A DNA stretch of 57,877 bases from Gammaproteobacteria bacterium (GTDB lineage: Bacteria; Pseudomonadota; Gammaproteobacteria; UBA4575): NCBI GenBank assembly GCA_029253965.1, contig JAQWYM010000034.1, forward strand, positions 1 through 57,877, in the 5' to 3' direction. The stretch's first letter is position 1. Each line of letters begins with the position of its first letter. Below the pieces are notes generated by a model that was not told the DNA's origin, searched no databases, and saw nothing but the letters and a program-made list of their open reading frames with translations. Below are positions 9,905-20,415 of the stretch, piece after piece. The position numbers and the translations under genes were made by a program.

Positions 9905-11272
9905 TTACTGGGCTGATGAATCAAGGGTTGCTTGCTCATTAATGAGCAAATCTTTTAATGTCTGTTGCGCTAAACCACGCCCTACCATTTGCTCTACACG
10001 ATCAATTAAATGCCGCTTTGATGCCTCTATATTAACAGCCATGTTCTCAGCATCTCGTTGTGGTTTGTGATGACGTATTGCCAAATAGACCTGTGCCAAA
10101 CTGAGGTCTTCTGCGGGTCTGGCAGGCACGTATCCTCTACCCACCCTATCGACAGCTACAATGAGATGGTGATCAGATAACTGTTTAAGCACTGCACGCA
10201 AAGCGAGTAGACTGCAATGACAACGCTCTACTAATTGCATCTCATTTATTGGCTCTTTTTTTTGATAATATTGATGCGCAATCATGAGCAAGGCATCCAT
10301 ACTTAAACATTCTTGAGAATATATATCTTTACTTTGGAACTCATTAGCATCGAAATATCGCCTTTCCGGATGCTGGTAAAGATAGGCGATACTAGAGCCC
10401 AAGAGCAACACAAACCAATTCAAGTAAAGCCAAAACATAAAGAAGAAAAGCGCAGCAAAGCCTGCATATATCGCTACTTGCGCCGAGGCATTAGCAACAG
10501 AGAAGGCATAAAGCCAACCCATTGATTGCCATAGCACTCCAGCCACTAAACCGCCAACCAGAGCCGCTCGAAACTGCACCTTAGTATTTGGGACGAAATA
10601 GTAAGTGAAGGTAAATGCAGCGATAACAAAAACATAAGGTATGGCATTGGCCCATAGCTGTAAGGCCTCGCTCATTACTGAAAAACCATTAACGCTTTGT
10701 GTAACTGTGTTATTCAATAGTTTTGCAGTCAAAGCTAGACCGGCAAAGACGAGCACAGGGCCGACTAAAACCACACTAAGATAACGACTTATACGTTCAT
10801 TCAGCGCGCGTAATCGGCCAACATACCAGGTGTAATTAAAAGCTTCTTCAATCTTTTGTAGCAGCGAAATTACAGAATAAAATAAAACCGCAATTCCAAC
10901 CGCACCTAACAAGCCAACCTCTACGTTATCCACAAAGCTAATAATCATCGCACTGATTTCTGGGCCGCGATCACCTAACTGAGTAAATATAGCCAACAGT
11001 ACGGGTTCCATCTGTCCATGAACGCCAAAGGCTTTAAGCACTGAAAAACTGACTGCTAAGAGAGGTACAATGGAAAGGATGGTGGTGAACACCAAGGACA
11101 TAGCACGCAGATTGAGCTGGCCATCAGACAGTTCCAACATCAAGGTCTGCAAGAAACGCAGGCAGCGAATAAAGAGCTGTTGAAGTGGGCCTACACTTGT
11201 TAACTCAGAAGACCATATATAGCTATGCCAGCGGTTTTTTTTCAGTTTTGGCATTGGGCGCAGTGCTTGCAT
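9905..11272 (-). CDS. YihY/BrkB family inner-membrane protein with a C-terminal soluble extension
   Basis: 455 aa with a YihY-like N-terminus (LNLRAMSLVFTTILSIVPLLAV) and six or more TM helices. The start is uncertain (M1 or M7), and it overlaps the moeB 3' end slightly. Confidence 0.7.
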   Translation of the reverse strand: MQALRPMPKLKKNRWHSYIWSSELTSVGPLQQLFIRCLRFLQTLMLELSDGQLNLRAMSLVFTTILSIVPLLAVSFSVLKAFGVHGQMEPVLLAIFTQLGDRGPEISAMIISFVDNVEVGLLGAVGIAVLFYSVISLLQKIEEAFNYTWYVGRLRALNERISRYLSVVLVGPVLVFAGLALTAKLLNNTVTQSVNGFSVMSEALQLWANAIPYVFVIAAFTFTYYFVPNTKVQFRAALVGGLVAGVLWQSMGWLYAFSVANASAQVAIYAGFAALFFFMFWLYLNWFVLLLGSSIAYLYQHPERRYFDANEFQSKDIYSQECLSMDALLMIAHQYYQKKEPINEMQLVERCHCSLLALRAVLKQLSDHHLIVAVDRVGRGYVPARPAEDLSLAQVYLAIRHHKPQRDAENMAVNIEASKRHLIDRVEQMVGRGLAQQTLKDLLINEQATLDSSAQ

Positions 11273-12006
11273 TCAGGGTCTGCCTTGACCTTAACGGTGC
11301 GCCACTCCATCGCTAAGGCGTCAAATAGATGTAGGCGACCAATACTGTTATCACCTAGCTTCAGCAATTGTTTTAAGGTCTCTGTCGCCATCATCATGGC
11401 CATGACACCAGCGACTGGTGCTAACACACCATTCTCACTGCAGTTTTCGTTTGTATCGCTGGCTGACGGGTAAAGGCAGGCGTAACAAGGGCCCTCGAGC
11501 GTGGGATTAAAATAGATCAATTGGCCTTCAAAACGGATCACAGCTGCAGACAATAAAGGCGTTTTTAATGCAATGCAGATACGATTATGCTGATAGCGAG
11601 AGGCAAAGTTATCCGTACCATCAAGGACCAAGTCAGCATCGGCCACCAAACTACTCAAGTCATGCAGATTTGGGCGCTGACAAATAGCCTGCACGGTGAC
11701 TTCAGGATTAAGCAGCGCCAATCGTTCACGCACAACCTCGGCCTTAAGTCGGCCAATGTCTGCTTCGGTATATAAGATCTGCCGCTGTAGATTAGACAGC
11801 TCGACAACATCATCATCAACGATAGTGATGTGGCCAACGCCACTACTTGCTAGATATAGAGCTAATGGACAACCCAGGCCACCCGCACCTAAAATGAGCA
11901 CACGGGCATCTAATAAGCGTTGCTGCCCTGTGATATCTACCTGAGGTAACATAATTTGTCGACTGTAACGCAACAGTTGCTGGTCGTCTAAATCACTTTC
12001 ACTCAT
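11242..12006 (-). CDS. moeB: molybdopterin-synthase adenylyltransferase (ThiF/MoeB family)
   Basis: RYSRQI motif, GAGGLG Rossmann motif, and two CxxC pairs (CYAC, CKHC). Confidence 0.8.
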   Translation of the reverse strand: MSESDLDDQQLLRYSRQIMLPQVDITGQQRLLDARVLILGAGGLGCPLALYLASSGVGHITIVDDDVVELSNLQRQILYTEADIGRLKAEVVRERLALLNPEVTVQAICQRPNLHDLSSLVADADLVLDGTDNFASRYQHNRICIALKTPLLSAAVIRFEGQLIYFNPTLEGPCYACLYPSASDTNENCSENGVLAPVAGVMAMMMATETLKQLLKLGDNSIGRLHLFDALAMEWRTVKVKADPECKHCAQCQN

Positions 12007-12060
12007 CGCAGTATTTTCTAATAATTAACAAATTAAGTAGTAGCTTACGGCAAGCAACCG

Positions 12061-12357
12061 CTACTTGTCACGAGCATTAAACTTATCTAACTGCTCTTTA
12101 GTGGGTGGTGTTTGGTATTTCTCTTTCCACTCAGAATATGGCATACCATAAACCAACTCTCGTGCCGCCTCGTATTCTATATCGAGGCCTTTATCTTCTG
12201 CCGCAGCAACATACCACTTTGACAGGCAGTTACGACAAAAGTCAGCCAAATTCATCAAATCGATGTTTTGTACATCGCTATGTGTTTGAAAATGTGACAC
12301 TAGACGCCTAAAAACAGCAGCTTCAATTTCCGTTGTCGTCATTTCTTTATCACTCAT
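12061..12357 (-). CDS. DUF1244 family protein
   Basis: 98 aa with the conserved FCRNCLSKWY block. Confidence 0.6.
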   Translation of the reverse strand: MSDKEMTTTEIEAAVFRRLVSHFQTHSDVQNIDLMNLADFCRNCLSKWYVAAAEDKGLDIEYEAARELVYGMPYSEWKEKYQTPPTKEQLDKFNARDK

Positions 12358-12557
12358 CTAAAAATCTCCTTGTACAGTCTCGAGTAGCAACACCGGCGAA
12401 ATCGTCTGATGACAAACCTTAGTAGGTACAGCCTCTTAAATGAGGGTTTATCCACTAGGGCCTATGACACAAAGCACACTAAATTTGGGACTACCCGTTC
12501 ATAGTGTTAGAGTGCAGCGATTTCAGCCAAGTCGCTTAATTCAGTTAACATAGCATT

Positions 12558-13154
12558 ATGGTTTCACATGATAACATCTCAGGCCTTATTCTAGCGGGTG
12601 GTCGCGCCCAGAGAATGGGCGGCGAAGACAAAGGACTAGTCTTACTTAATGGTCAGGCGATGATTGAATATGTACTCGCATCACTGGCACCTCAGGTGCA
12701 TTCGCTAGCGATTAATGCGAATAGAAGTTTTGAACACTACCAGAGATACGGGCATACCGTTATCGGTGATGAACTGACAGACTTTCAGGGCCCTCTCGCC
12801 GGTTTTGCTAGTGGCCTTAAGCAATGCACCACCGACTATATGGTGACTGCACCCTGTGATGGCCCCCTGCTTTGCAACGATTATGTACAACGCTTATACC
12901 AAAGCGCCTTAGAAAAGAAGGCTCGGATCAGTGTCGCCACTGATGGTAAGCGTCTGCAGCCGGTATATGCCTTACTGCATCAATCATTACTCCCTAGTCT
13001 GTTAGACTTCTTGGCTCGCGGCGATCGTAAAATTGATCTCTGGTATAAACAAGAAGGCTATGCAGAATGCGACTTTTCAGATCGTCCTGACATTTTTACT
13101 AATGTAAATTCGCGCGAGGACTTAACCACCCTCGGGCAACAACTAAAGCCTTAA
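12558..13154 (+). CDS. mobA: molybdenum cofactor guanylyltransferase
   Basis: LILAGGRAQRMGG...DKGL N-terminal motif and TAPCDGP motif. Followed directly by mobB. Confidence 0.85.
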   Translation: MVSHDNISGLILAGGRAQRMGGEDKGLVLLNGQAMIEYVLASLAPQVHSLAINANRSFEHYQRYGHTVIGDELTDFQGPLAGFASGLKQCTTDYMVTAPCDGPLLCNDYVQRLYQSALEKKARISVATDGKRLQPVYALLHQSLLPSLLDFLARGDRKIDLWYKQEGYAECDFSDRPDIFTNVNSREDLTTLGQQLKP

Positions 13155-13158
13155 AACT

Positions 13159-13692
13159 ATGCGTTATGATGATTGTCCGCTGCCTATTCTCGGATTCTGT
13201 GCCTTTAGTGGCACCGGTAAGACGACTTTACTCAGCCAGTTAATCCCAATACTGGTCGCTAATGGTGTCCGTATTGCGATGATTAAGCATGCTCATCATG
13301 CCTTTGACATCGATCATCCGAATAAAGATAGCTATCGCCTGCGCCAAGCAGGTGCCAAGCAAATGTTAATCTCATCGGCTAACCGCTGGGCTCTGATGCA
13401 TGATCATGAGAGTGAAGAAGATGAAGCCTCTCTAGCAGAACTCATACAGCAACTGGATTTTAATGCAGCTGATTTAATTTTAGTTGAAGGCTTTAAAAAA
13501 GAGCCTATTGCTAAGATTGAACTACATCGTCCGTCTCTAAACCTGCCTCTAATCTGTGAAAAAGATGATCACGTTATTGCCATTGCTAGTGATGAAAAAC
13601 TCGATGTGAAACAAGACATCCCGCAGTTAAATTTAAATAATCCTGATGAAATCGCGCAATTTATTCTAAAAACAGTATTCGCACAGGCTTAA
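13159..13692 (+). CDS. mobB: molybdopterin-guanine dinucleotide biosynthesis adaptor MobB
   Basis: P-loop SGTGKTTL, KHAHH motif and LVEGFK motif. 4-nt gap after mobA. Confidence 0.85.
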   Translation: MRYDDCPLPILGFCAFSGTGKTTLLSQLIPILVANGVRIAMIKHAHHAFDIDHPNKDSYRLRQAGAKQMLISSANRWALMHDHESEEDEASLAELIQQLDFNAADLILVEGFKKEPIAKIELHRPSLNLPLICEKDDHVIAIASDEKLDVKQDIPQLNLNNPDEIAQFILKTVFAQA

Positions 13693-14023
13693 AAAGTCAC
13701 AATTTCTACCTAACTGCCCATTTTGGTTATTATTTATTGGCTGAAGTGAGGTAAAATGCTCGATTAGTTCGGCTGCTATCGTGATGTTTTCTGGTAAGAC
13801 ATGAAGTAATTAATACTCGATAAAACCGGTGCTCAGCAAGTGTGCTAAGGCTATCTCAGGTGGCTTTAAACAACACCAGCTACAATAATAATTCGCAAGC
13901 TATTGATTTTAATAGCATATTTAATTAACACATTTATACTTTCAGATCGCTCCCAGAGTTAGACTGATTATTTATTAGTCTCGATACAGTGAGCGTATTG
14001 AATGAGAATCCAGGAGGACAGCA

Positions 14024-15337
14024 GTGTCTGACAACCCCAAAAATACAGTAACCATTACCGATAATAGCAGTGCGAAACAGGTAGAAATGCCAGTATTAGT
14101 GCCCACAGATGGTGCTAGCACTCTAGATATTCGCGCTTTGAACCGCGAACTTGGTTACTTCACTTTTGATCCTGGTTTTGTTTCTACTGCTAGTTGTGAA
14201 AGTAAGATAACTTTCATTGATGGCGACAAAGGTCGACTTTCATACCGTGGTTATCCGATAGAGCAGCTTGCTCAAAAGAGTAACTATGAAGAAACTTGCT
14301 ATCTGTTAATGAATGGTGAGCTACCAACGGCAGCGCAACTGGCCGAGTACAAGGCAACCATTGCTCAGCATAAAGCGGTTGATGACAAGCTCCCATTACT
14401 TTTTCAAGCGTTTCAGCAAGATGCACACCCAATGGCGATGCTCATCTCAGCAGTCGGCGCGTTAGCTGCAAAACACAATGACGAGGTTGATGTGCATGAT
14501 GATCAGGCCCGTCGCTTAGCAGCACATCGCTTAATCGCAAAGATGCCAACGCTAGCTGCATGGACTTATAAGCATCAGCAAGGTGAAGAGTTCCTTACCT
14601 CAGACCCAAAGAGTGGCTACACCGAAGACTTCCTACGCATGATGTTTGGTTCTAAAGATGGTTCTTATACACCGTCGAAGACCATGGTTCGCGCCATGGA
14701 CCTGATTTTGATCCTGCATGCTGACCATGAGCAAAATGCATCAACCTCAACGGTGCGTTTAACCGGCAGCTCAGAAGCAAGTCCTTACGCAGCTATCGCT
14801 GCAGGTATCGGTTCACTCTGGGGACCCGCTCACGGTGGTGCTAATGAGGCTGTTATTAGCATGCTCAATGAAATCGTTTCTTCAGGCAAAGAACTTGATC
14901 ACTATATTGCTCGAGCCAAAGATAAGACTGATCGATTCCGTTTGATGGGCTTTGGTCATCGCGTCTATAAGAACTATGATCCACGGGCCAAACTCATTCA
15001 GACTATCTGTCATGACCTCTTAAATGAAATGGGTGAAGACAATCCTAATCAGCCTCTACTGAAGACGGCCATGGATCTAGAAAAGATTGCCCTAGAAGAT
15101 GACTACTTCATTCAACGTAAGTTATACCCCAATGTAGATTTCTATTCAGGTATTATCTTCAAAGCGATGAACATCCCTAGCAGTATGTATACCGTGATAT
15201 TTGCGCTAGCACGCACCGTTGGCTGGCTCTCTCACTGGATGGAAATGATGTCTGATCCAACGAATCGTATCGGTCGTCCTCGCCAGTTATACACAGGCTC
15301 AGCTGAACGCGATTACGTCGATACAGATAAACGCTAA
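14024..15337 (+). CDS. gltA: citrate synthase (type II)
   Basis: 437 aa with a GTG start. Motifs: LHADHEQNAST, GFGHRVYKNYDPRA and PNVDFYSG. Confidence 0.95.
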   Translation: MSDNPKNTVTITDNSSAKQVEMPVLVPTDGASTLDIRALNRELGYFTFDPGFVSTASCESKITFIDGDKGRLSYRGYPIEQLAQKSNYEETCYLLMNGELPTAAQLAEYKATIAQHKAVDDKLPLLFQAFQQDAHPMAMLISAVGALAAKHNDEVDVHDDQARRLAAHRLIAKMPTLAAWTYKHQQGEEFLTSDPKSGYTEDFLRMMFGSKDGSYTPSKTMVRAMDLILILHADHEQNASTSTVRLTGSSEASPYAAIAAGIGSLWGPAHGGANEAVISMLNEIVSSGKELDHYIARAKDKTDRFRLMGFGHRVYKNYDPRAKLIQTICHDLLNEMGEDNPNQPLLKTAMDLEKIALEDDYFIQRKLYPNVDFYSGIIFKAMNIPSSMYTVIFALARTVGWLSHWMEMMSDPTNRIGRPRQLYTGSAERDYVDTDKR

Positions 15338-15452
15338 GCTAGACGCTTATCGCGCGGATGTAGAGCAGATGACACTCACCCGCCTCAAGCACAGCATTTG
15401 CTTGGGGCTGGTGATTTAGCGATTTAACCCTGCAACAAGGTTTTTCGAAACC

Positions 15453-16601
15453 TTAGGTTTGTGCAAAGAAATCTCGCACCACAGGACCAAAGTGAGCTTC
15501 ATCGACTAAGAAAGAGTCATGCCCGTTGATTGAGTTCAACTGGATATATTCGGCCTTTCGCCCTGCCCTTTGAATACCTTCAGCTAATTCCTCTTGTTGC
15601 TGCACAGGAAATAAGATATCAGTTTCAACACCAATTATAAGGCTACTCTTGGCCTGAATTTTAGCCAATCCAGCATTCACTGAGCCACCATGTTCAGCAA
15701 CATCAAATAGATCCATGGCCCGTGATAGGTAAAGATAGCTGTTGGCGTCAAACGTACGCACAAACTTCTTTGCGTTGTAATCTAGATAAGACTCCACTTC
15801 GAATTCAATACCGAAGCGCTCATCTGATTTTCGGTCAGGGCTAACACGTGCGCGGTTAAAGCGTTGATGCCACTCTTCAGATGCACGATATGACATTAAC
15901 CCTAACTTGCGCGCCAGCATCATGCCATGTGTCGGTTCTTCATCCGCATTATATTGGCCATTCTTAAAGCCTGGATCACAACGGATAATCTCACGCTGTA
16001 ATGAACGCACAGCAATAGTGAAAGGCAAGGCACGTGCTGCTGCTGAAATAGATATTAAATGATCGACCTCATCGGGGTACATCAAGGCATAAGCCAATGA
16101 AGACATCCCTCCCATAGAGCCACCAACGACGGCATGTAAGTGGTCAATACCTAGGTCTTGGAGGGCGTGATGTGCTGATTTGGCAATATCCTCAATACTG
16201 ACATCAGGAAAGTCCAAGCCATAGCACTGTCCCGTTTGTGGATTGATTGAAGAAGGATTAGTTGAACCAAAACAACTACCGAAAGAGTTAACACAGATCA
16301 CATAGAAACGATCGCTATCAATAGGCTTACCGGGGCCAATCATGAATTCCCACCAGCCACGACTGGGATCTTCAAGAGATGATGCAGCATGTGCTGATGG
16401 TGAGAGACCACCAAATACTAAAATCACATTATCGTGATTGTCTGATAGTGAACCCCACGATTCATAAGCAATGACCACCTCTTGTAGAAGCCCACCGCGA
16501 TGCAGTTTGAAGTCAGCAGTTCCATAGTCGCCCACCAGGGTGACTAATTTACTGGCAGGAGGCATTCTATGTGATGCTTTTATAGCAATACTTTCGGTCA
16601 T
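15453..16601 (-). CDS. metX: homoserine O-acyltransferase (MetX type)
   Basis: 382 aa alpha/beta hydrolase with the GGSMGGM nucleophile elbow and the MetX-typical FPxxSIxD and GHDSFL blocks. Confidence 0.85.
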   Translation of the reverse strand: MTESIAIKASHRMPPASKLVTLVGDYGTADFKLHRGGLLQEVVIAYESWGSLSDNHDNVILVFGGLSPSAHAASSLEDPSRGWWEFMIGPGKPIDSDRFYVICVNSFGSCFGSTNPSSINPQTGQCYGLDFPDVSIEDIAKSAHHALQDLGIDHLHAVVGGSMGGMSSLAYALMYPDEVDHLISISAAARALPFTIAVRSLQREIIRCDPGFKNGQYNADEEPTHGMMLARKLGLMSYRASEEWHQRFNRARVSPDRKSDERFGIEFEVESYLDYNAKKFVRTFDANSYLYLSRAMDLFDVAEHGGSVNAGLAKIQAKSSLIIGVETDILFPVQQQEELAEGIQRAGRKAEYIQLNSINGHDSFLVDEAHFGPVVRDFFAQT

Positions 16602-16680
16602 ACGGTTGTCGCTTTATCGGGGTATTTTGGGCGAAAAATAAGCAATTATATCGTGGATGACTGTCTCAGACACCTACGCT

Positions 16681-17181
16681 TTATAACTTATTAGTATTTC
16701 GGGGCAAACGAACTACCACGATATTAATCAGTAACAAGAGAGTGAATAAACCAAGAGTTTGCTCTGGAATGGATAGACCCAAAAAGGTCCAACTCACTTC
16801 AGCACAGCTACCTGAGCCATTAAAAACCTGTCCAAAGACATCCTCTAAGGACATCACATCCAACATAAAATAAAGACCTGGGCCACATTCCGGCACCTGT
16901 TCAGGGGGTAACCCCTGCAGCCAAATATGGCGCAGCGTTACAACCACGCCGGTGCTTGCAACCAAGCCTGATAGTACGCCATAAATAGTTCGCCCAACAG
17001 CCTGTGGATGCTGTAGCCAAGCCATCACACTTAGCCCTGCAATGAGTAGTAAAAGTGCTCTATCGACCAAACATAAGGGACAGGGGTCTAGAAAGAGTAC
17101 ATCCTCAAGATAAAACACAGCAAATGCGAGAGCCGCTAAAACTAACAGCACAATTAGTAAGTGATACCGGCGATAAGTCAT
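16681..17181 (-). CDS. dsbB: disulfide bond formation protein B
   Basis: 166 aa with four TM helices, CPLC in the first periplasmic loop and a second Cys pair in loop 2. Confidence 0.8.
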   Translation of the reverse strand: MTYRRYHLLIVLLVLAALAFAVFYLEDVLFLDPCPLCLVDRALLLLIAGLSVMAWLQHPQAVGRTIYGVLSGLVASTGVVVTLRHIWLQGLPPEQVPECGPGLYFMLDVMSLEDVFGQVFNGSGSCAEVSWTFLGLSIPEQTLGLFTLLLLINIVVVRLPRNTNKL

Positions 17182-17329
17182 TATTCTAAATTCTCTTTAA
17201 GCATTAATGCGCATCGAAAACATCATAGGCAACTTCTAGATAAAGCCCTATGACAAATTTTCACTATAAAAGATTCACTAAGGTCATATTATAACAGCAG
17301 CTGTAATCTAGATATCCTCGAATTCGATA

Positions 17330-17881
17330 CTAACGTTCAACTAGAAATGGCGCTAAAGCTTGATACTGCTCGCTGATGTCTTGCAGGCTATAGGCTGCAT
17401 TAGCAGGGCTTGGATTAGGCGTAATCAACACGGGGGCAGCTAGCTCAGGCACTGAGCATAAGCCCCAATCCCAATCGCGCTTTAGACCATAGGCATAGGT
17501 AAAAAATTTAGTCACTGCGATCTTGCCATGAAACCAAAGTAGCATGGGTTGATAATGCTCTATCTTCTCTCTGAGAAGCGGTGCATCACGCCTAAAATCA
17601 GCCGCCCTAAGTTCATGCCCCATGCGGCTAGGACGTTTCACGACATCTGTAAAACCAATCCTATATTCTGTCTGCAATCGCTGTTGACTGCTTAGCGAAC
17701 GATCAAGCGTTTCAGGAAGAATATTAGCGGCATTCAGTGCTGACCAAAAGCGATTCCTTGGATTAGCAAAATAGTAACCTGCTTTTACTGAAGGAATAGA
17801 CGGATTTAAACCGATAGACAAACAAAGTAAATCTTCACTAATGAAATCATCCAAGGTTGTTGCTGTTATATGCGCATTCAT
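17330..17881 (-). CDS. mismatch-specific uracil DNA glycosylase family (Mug/TDG-like)
   Basis: GLNPS...ANPRNRFW and PNPSPAN motifs align with E. coli Mug (GINPG...AHPANRFW, PNPSG). Confidence 0.7.
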   Translation of the reverse strand: MNAHITATTLDDFISEDLLCLSIGLNPSIPSVKAGYYFANPRNRFWSALNAANILPETLDRSLSSQQRLQTEYRIGFTDVVKRPSRMGHELRAADFRRDAPLLREKIEHYQPMLLWFHGKIAVTKFFTYAYGLKRDWDWGLCSVPELAAPVLITPNPSPANAAYSLQDISEQYQALAPFLVER

Positions 17882-17935
17882 ACTTGGAAATATGCAATTC
17901 CCTAGCTAATATTACAAGCCGTTGGAGAACTCGTT

Positions 17936-18637
17936 ATGAATAAACCCTATGAAATCGTCAGTATGGAACTGGGTCCCATGCAAAACTTTGTTTACCTGAT
18001 CATTGATCGGGATAGTAAACGCACTGCTATAGTCGATCCCGCGTGGGATATGCAGCCCATTCATGACTACGTCAGCCAGCATCAGCTCAAGGTTAGCGAC
18101 ATATTGCTGACTCATAGTCATGATGATCACATTAATGGCGTCGAAGAGATCTTGCAGCAATATGACCCTGAGCTGCACTTACTCAAGGCTGAGGCTGATT
18201 TCTGGCAGGCAGAATTACAACGACCTAGCCTGCATGCTGGTGGTGATCAAATTCAACTAGGGCGCACAGCCCTTAATATCTTGCACACCCCTGGGCATAC
18301 GCCAGGCTCAGCCTGCTATCAGTTAGAGGATGACATCATTACCGGTGACACTCTTTTTGTCTTTGGCTGTGGTCGTTGTGATTTAGACGGCAGCAACCCA
18401 GAAAATATGTTTAAGACTTTGCAGAAGATGAAGCACGAGTTACCCGCCAAGATGCTACTTCACCCTGGCCATAATTACTCCTGTGCAAGTTGCTCAAGCA
18501 TAGAAGAGCAGATCGAAGGTAACCCTTTCCTACACTTTTCAGATAGTGAAGGCTTTACCGACTACCGTATGAACAGACACGACAAGATCCGCTCTACTCC
18601 TTACCAACCAGTGCAGATAAAGGATCTTTTAAGTTAG
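17936..18637 (+). CDS. MBL-fold metallo-hydrolase (glyoxalase II-like)
   Basis: THSHDDH metal motif, with downstream HTPGHTPG and GD motifs. Confidence 0.8.
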   Translation: MNKPYEIVSMELGPMQNFVYLIIDRDSKRTAIVDPAWDMQPIHDYVSQHQLKVSDILLTHSHDDHINGVEEILQQYDPELHLLKAEADFWQAELQRPSLHAGGDQIQLGRTALNILHTPGHTPGSACYQLEDDIITGDTLFVFGCGRCDLDGSNPENMFKTLQKMKHELPAKMLLHPGHNYSCASCSSIEEQIEGNPFLHFSDSEGFTDYRMNRHDKIRSTPYQPVQIKDLLS

Positions 18638-18643
18638 TCTTGC

Positions 18644-19006
18644 CTAGGTTTTAGCTAGACGATGCAAGACCTCAATCAAGTCAGGAGCCTGACCAAGGTA
18701 AGGTGATAAGGAAAGCTTAACCTCTGGGTACTGTGTTCGCTTAGCCTCAACAAAAGCGGGCACATCTTCACGCACATGTCTTCCCGCAGAGAGGAAGTAA
18801 GACAGCACCGTAATATCATCTGCACCATCTGCAATCAATTCATCAATAGCATCAGGAATAGAGGGCTGCGCAATCTCCAAGAAGGCATGCCTTGTCAGTG
18901 CGAAGTCATCGCCCACTTGCTTTCTAAGTGAGGTGGCCACCACTGCAATTTCAATATTAGATACTGTTCGACGACTTCCATGTGCCACAAGTAATAAAGC
19001 TTTCAT
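18644..19006 (-). CDS. CbiX/SirB-type chelatase domain protein
   Basis: 120 aa. The N-terminal LLVAHGSRR motif is typical of CbiX. Confidence 0.65.
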   Translation of the reverse strand: MKALLLVAHGSRRTVSNIEIAVVATSLRKQVGDDFALTRHAFLEIAQPSIPDAIDELIADGADDITVLSYFLSAGRHVREDVPAFVEAKRTQYPEVKLSLSPYLGQAPDLIEVLHRLAKT

Positions 19007-19121
19007 TCCTATCCCTTATATAAATTAGGCTGACATTCAACCACTCAAACAAGGCGTGAACAAGACTTAAACGCTATTCACATATACAACACTGGTGCAG
19101 TGCAGTATTAGCCTGCAGGGT

Positions 19122-19427
19122 TTAACTGTTTTGCCGCATCCAATCTTTAAAGGCTGGCCAACTCATCTTGAGCAATTCATCACCCTCAGTGCCCGCCTGT
19201 CTGCGCATCAGCATAAAACAGATATGTGGAATCTTGCCAAAGAGCAGCGCCAGTGACATCAACGCAATACCGATCCACAGAGATTGCTCACCACCCGAGG
19301 TGTAGCCTAGTTTCCAAAGCAATAAAGAGACCAGCAGTATTAACACCACAATACTTAGGTTAATACCTCTATTTAAGCGATTAAATTGATTTTTAATTTG
19401 TTCAGTAGTCACAGCCATCTCAAACAA
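19122..19427 (-). CDS. small membrane protein, unknown function
   Basis: 101-aa ORF with two clear hydrophobic helices. No recognisable family. Confidence 0.4.
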   Translation of the reverse strand: MFEMAVTTEQIKNQFNRLNRGINLSIVVLILLVSLLLWKLGYTSGGEQSLWIGIALMSLALLFGKIPHICFMLMRRQAGTEGDELLKMSWPAFKDWMRQNS

Positions 19428-19797
19428 TCAGTAAAAGGAATTGAGTAACCAGCCCTGTTCAAAGCCAGCGCCAATGCTCCAAGGTGCATCTAGTCAGTTT
19501 AACGCATTGAGAATTCGTATTGCCAGCGTGCAGTCATTAAATAGCATCAAGCCGCTTGGCATGTTGCCCTGATCTTATTCCATGTATGGCATGCTTTGAT
19601 ACTAATGCTCAATGTGAGCATCAAAGAGCGATGTTGCAGACAGATGACAGCAGCTCATCACTCGTCTGAGAATGCGAAAAGTGCTGCGTGAACTACTTAT
19701 TTAAACTAATAAACTAGCAACTGAGGGCAATCGACAGTACTCTAGCGCTCATAATTTTCAGCAGTTACAGTTAAACTAAACTTTAGGAATCAACATC

Positions 19798-20235
19798 ATG
19801 AGCTCACAACTAAGCCTAGAACAAGCCAACACCATCATTGCAAATGCTTTCACTAAAGGAGCGGAACTCGGATTAGCTCCTTTAACCGTTGTTGTCTTAG
19901 ATGCCGGTGGCCATCTACAAGCCATGCAACGCGCTGACAAGGCAACATTCTTTCGACCACAGATCGCCTTTGGTAAGGCATGGGGTGCATTAGCGCTAGG
20001 GATGTCATCACGCACACTATTCAATATTGGTGAAGATCGCCCAATGTTTATGAACTCTTTAATTGGCTTAGCCGATCAAAAGTTGGTTCCTGTACCCGGT
20101 GGTGTTTTAGTTCGAAACGCCTCTGGTGATGTTATTGCTGCAGTAGGCATTACTGGTGACACCTCAGATAATGATGAAGCCTGCGCTATCGCTGGTATTG
20201 AGGCCGTCAACTTAGTCGCCGATGCCGGTAAGTAA
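19798..20235 (+). CDS. GlcG/HbpS-like heme-binding protein (DUF336)
   Basis: 145 aa. The GGVLV...G..IAAVGITGDTSDNDE block is typical of GlcG. Confidence 0.7.
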   Translation: MSSQLSLEQANTIIANAFTKGAELGLAPLTVVVLDAGGHLQAMQRADKATFFRPQIAFGKAWGALALGMSSRTLFNIGEDRPMFMNSLIGLADQKLVPVPGGVLVRNASGDVIAAVGITGDTSDNDEACAIAGIEAVNLVADAGK

Positions 20236-20294
20236 ATCGCTTTGATATGTTCATTACCTATACGAAATAAACCTTTAGCTATTCATTTGTAACT

Positions 20295-20327
20295 AAAAAA
20301 CAGGTGGGTTAGGGATAATCCACCTGT
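20295..20327 (-). terminator. hairpin with a U-tract when read on the minus strand (possible intrinsic terminator or regulatory hairpin)
   Basis: ACAGGTGG (20300-20307) pairs with CCACCTGT (20320-20327) across a 12-nt loop. An A-run lies at 20295-20300 on the plus strand. No obvious minus-strand gene lies upstream of it. Confidence 0.35.
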
Positions 20328-20401
20328 AATCAGCCGTTTATAGCTATACAAGCTATGTACAACCTGTATTGAATAATCAATATACAGGTGAAGTAAGTTA
20401 T

Positions 20402-20415
20402 ACTGTGTACACAGT
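20402..20415. promoter_or_regulatory. perfect 14-bp palindrome ACTGTGTACACAGT, 20 nt upstream of the DUF2892 start
   Basis: Read directly from the sequence. A candidate operator with unknown regulator. Confidence 0.3.

Noticed and set aside
724-12311. Numerous short antisense or alternate-frame track ORFs inside housekeeping genes (e.g. 724-906, 814-1002, 2529-2774, 6472-6807, 7501-7743, 8242-8505, 9262-9585, 11587-11944, 12105-12311)
   Set aside because: Each lies fully within a longer ORF that has clear family motifs. Their compositions (Ser/Arg/Leu-rich or His-rich) are typical of non-coding frames.
12358-12557. Possible Moco riboswitch in the 200-nt leader upstream of mobA
   Set aside because: I could not find the conserved Moco-motif helices or sequence blocks by eye. 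A covariance-model scan (Rfam Moco_RNA_motif) would be needed, and nothing in the sequence supports the call now.
15437-15454. 7-bp hairpin AAGGTTT-TTCG-AAACCTT between gltA and metX, considered as a terminator
   Set aside because: No U-tract on either strand, and it overlaps the metX stop codon. Insufficient evidence for a terminator.
19560-19640. Hairpin (TGCTCA-ATG-TGAGCA with extended arms) in the 370-nt intergenic region upstream of the GlcG-like gene, considered as a riboswitch or sRNA
   Set aside because: It is a short imperfect stem with a bulge, and I could recognise no conserved riboswitch core.
20402-20415. The palindrome ACTGTGTACACAGT considered as a LexA (SOS) box
   Set aside because: The gammaproteobacterial SOS box is CTGT-N8-ACAG. 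Here the CTGT and ACAG halves are separated by only 4 nt.
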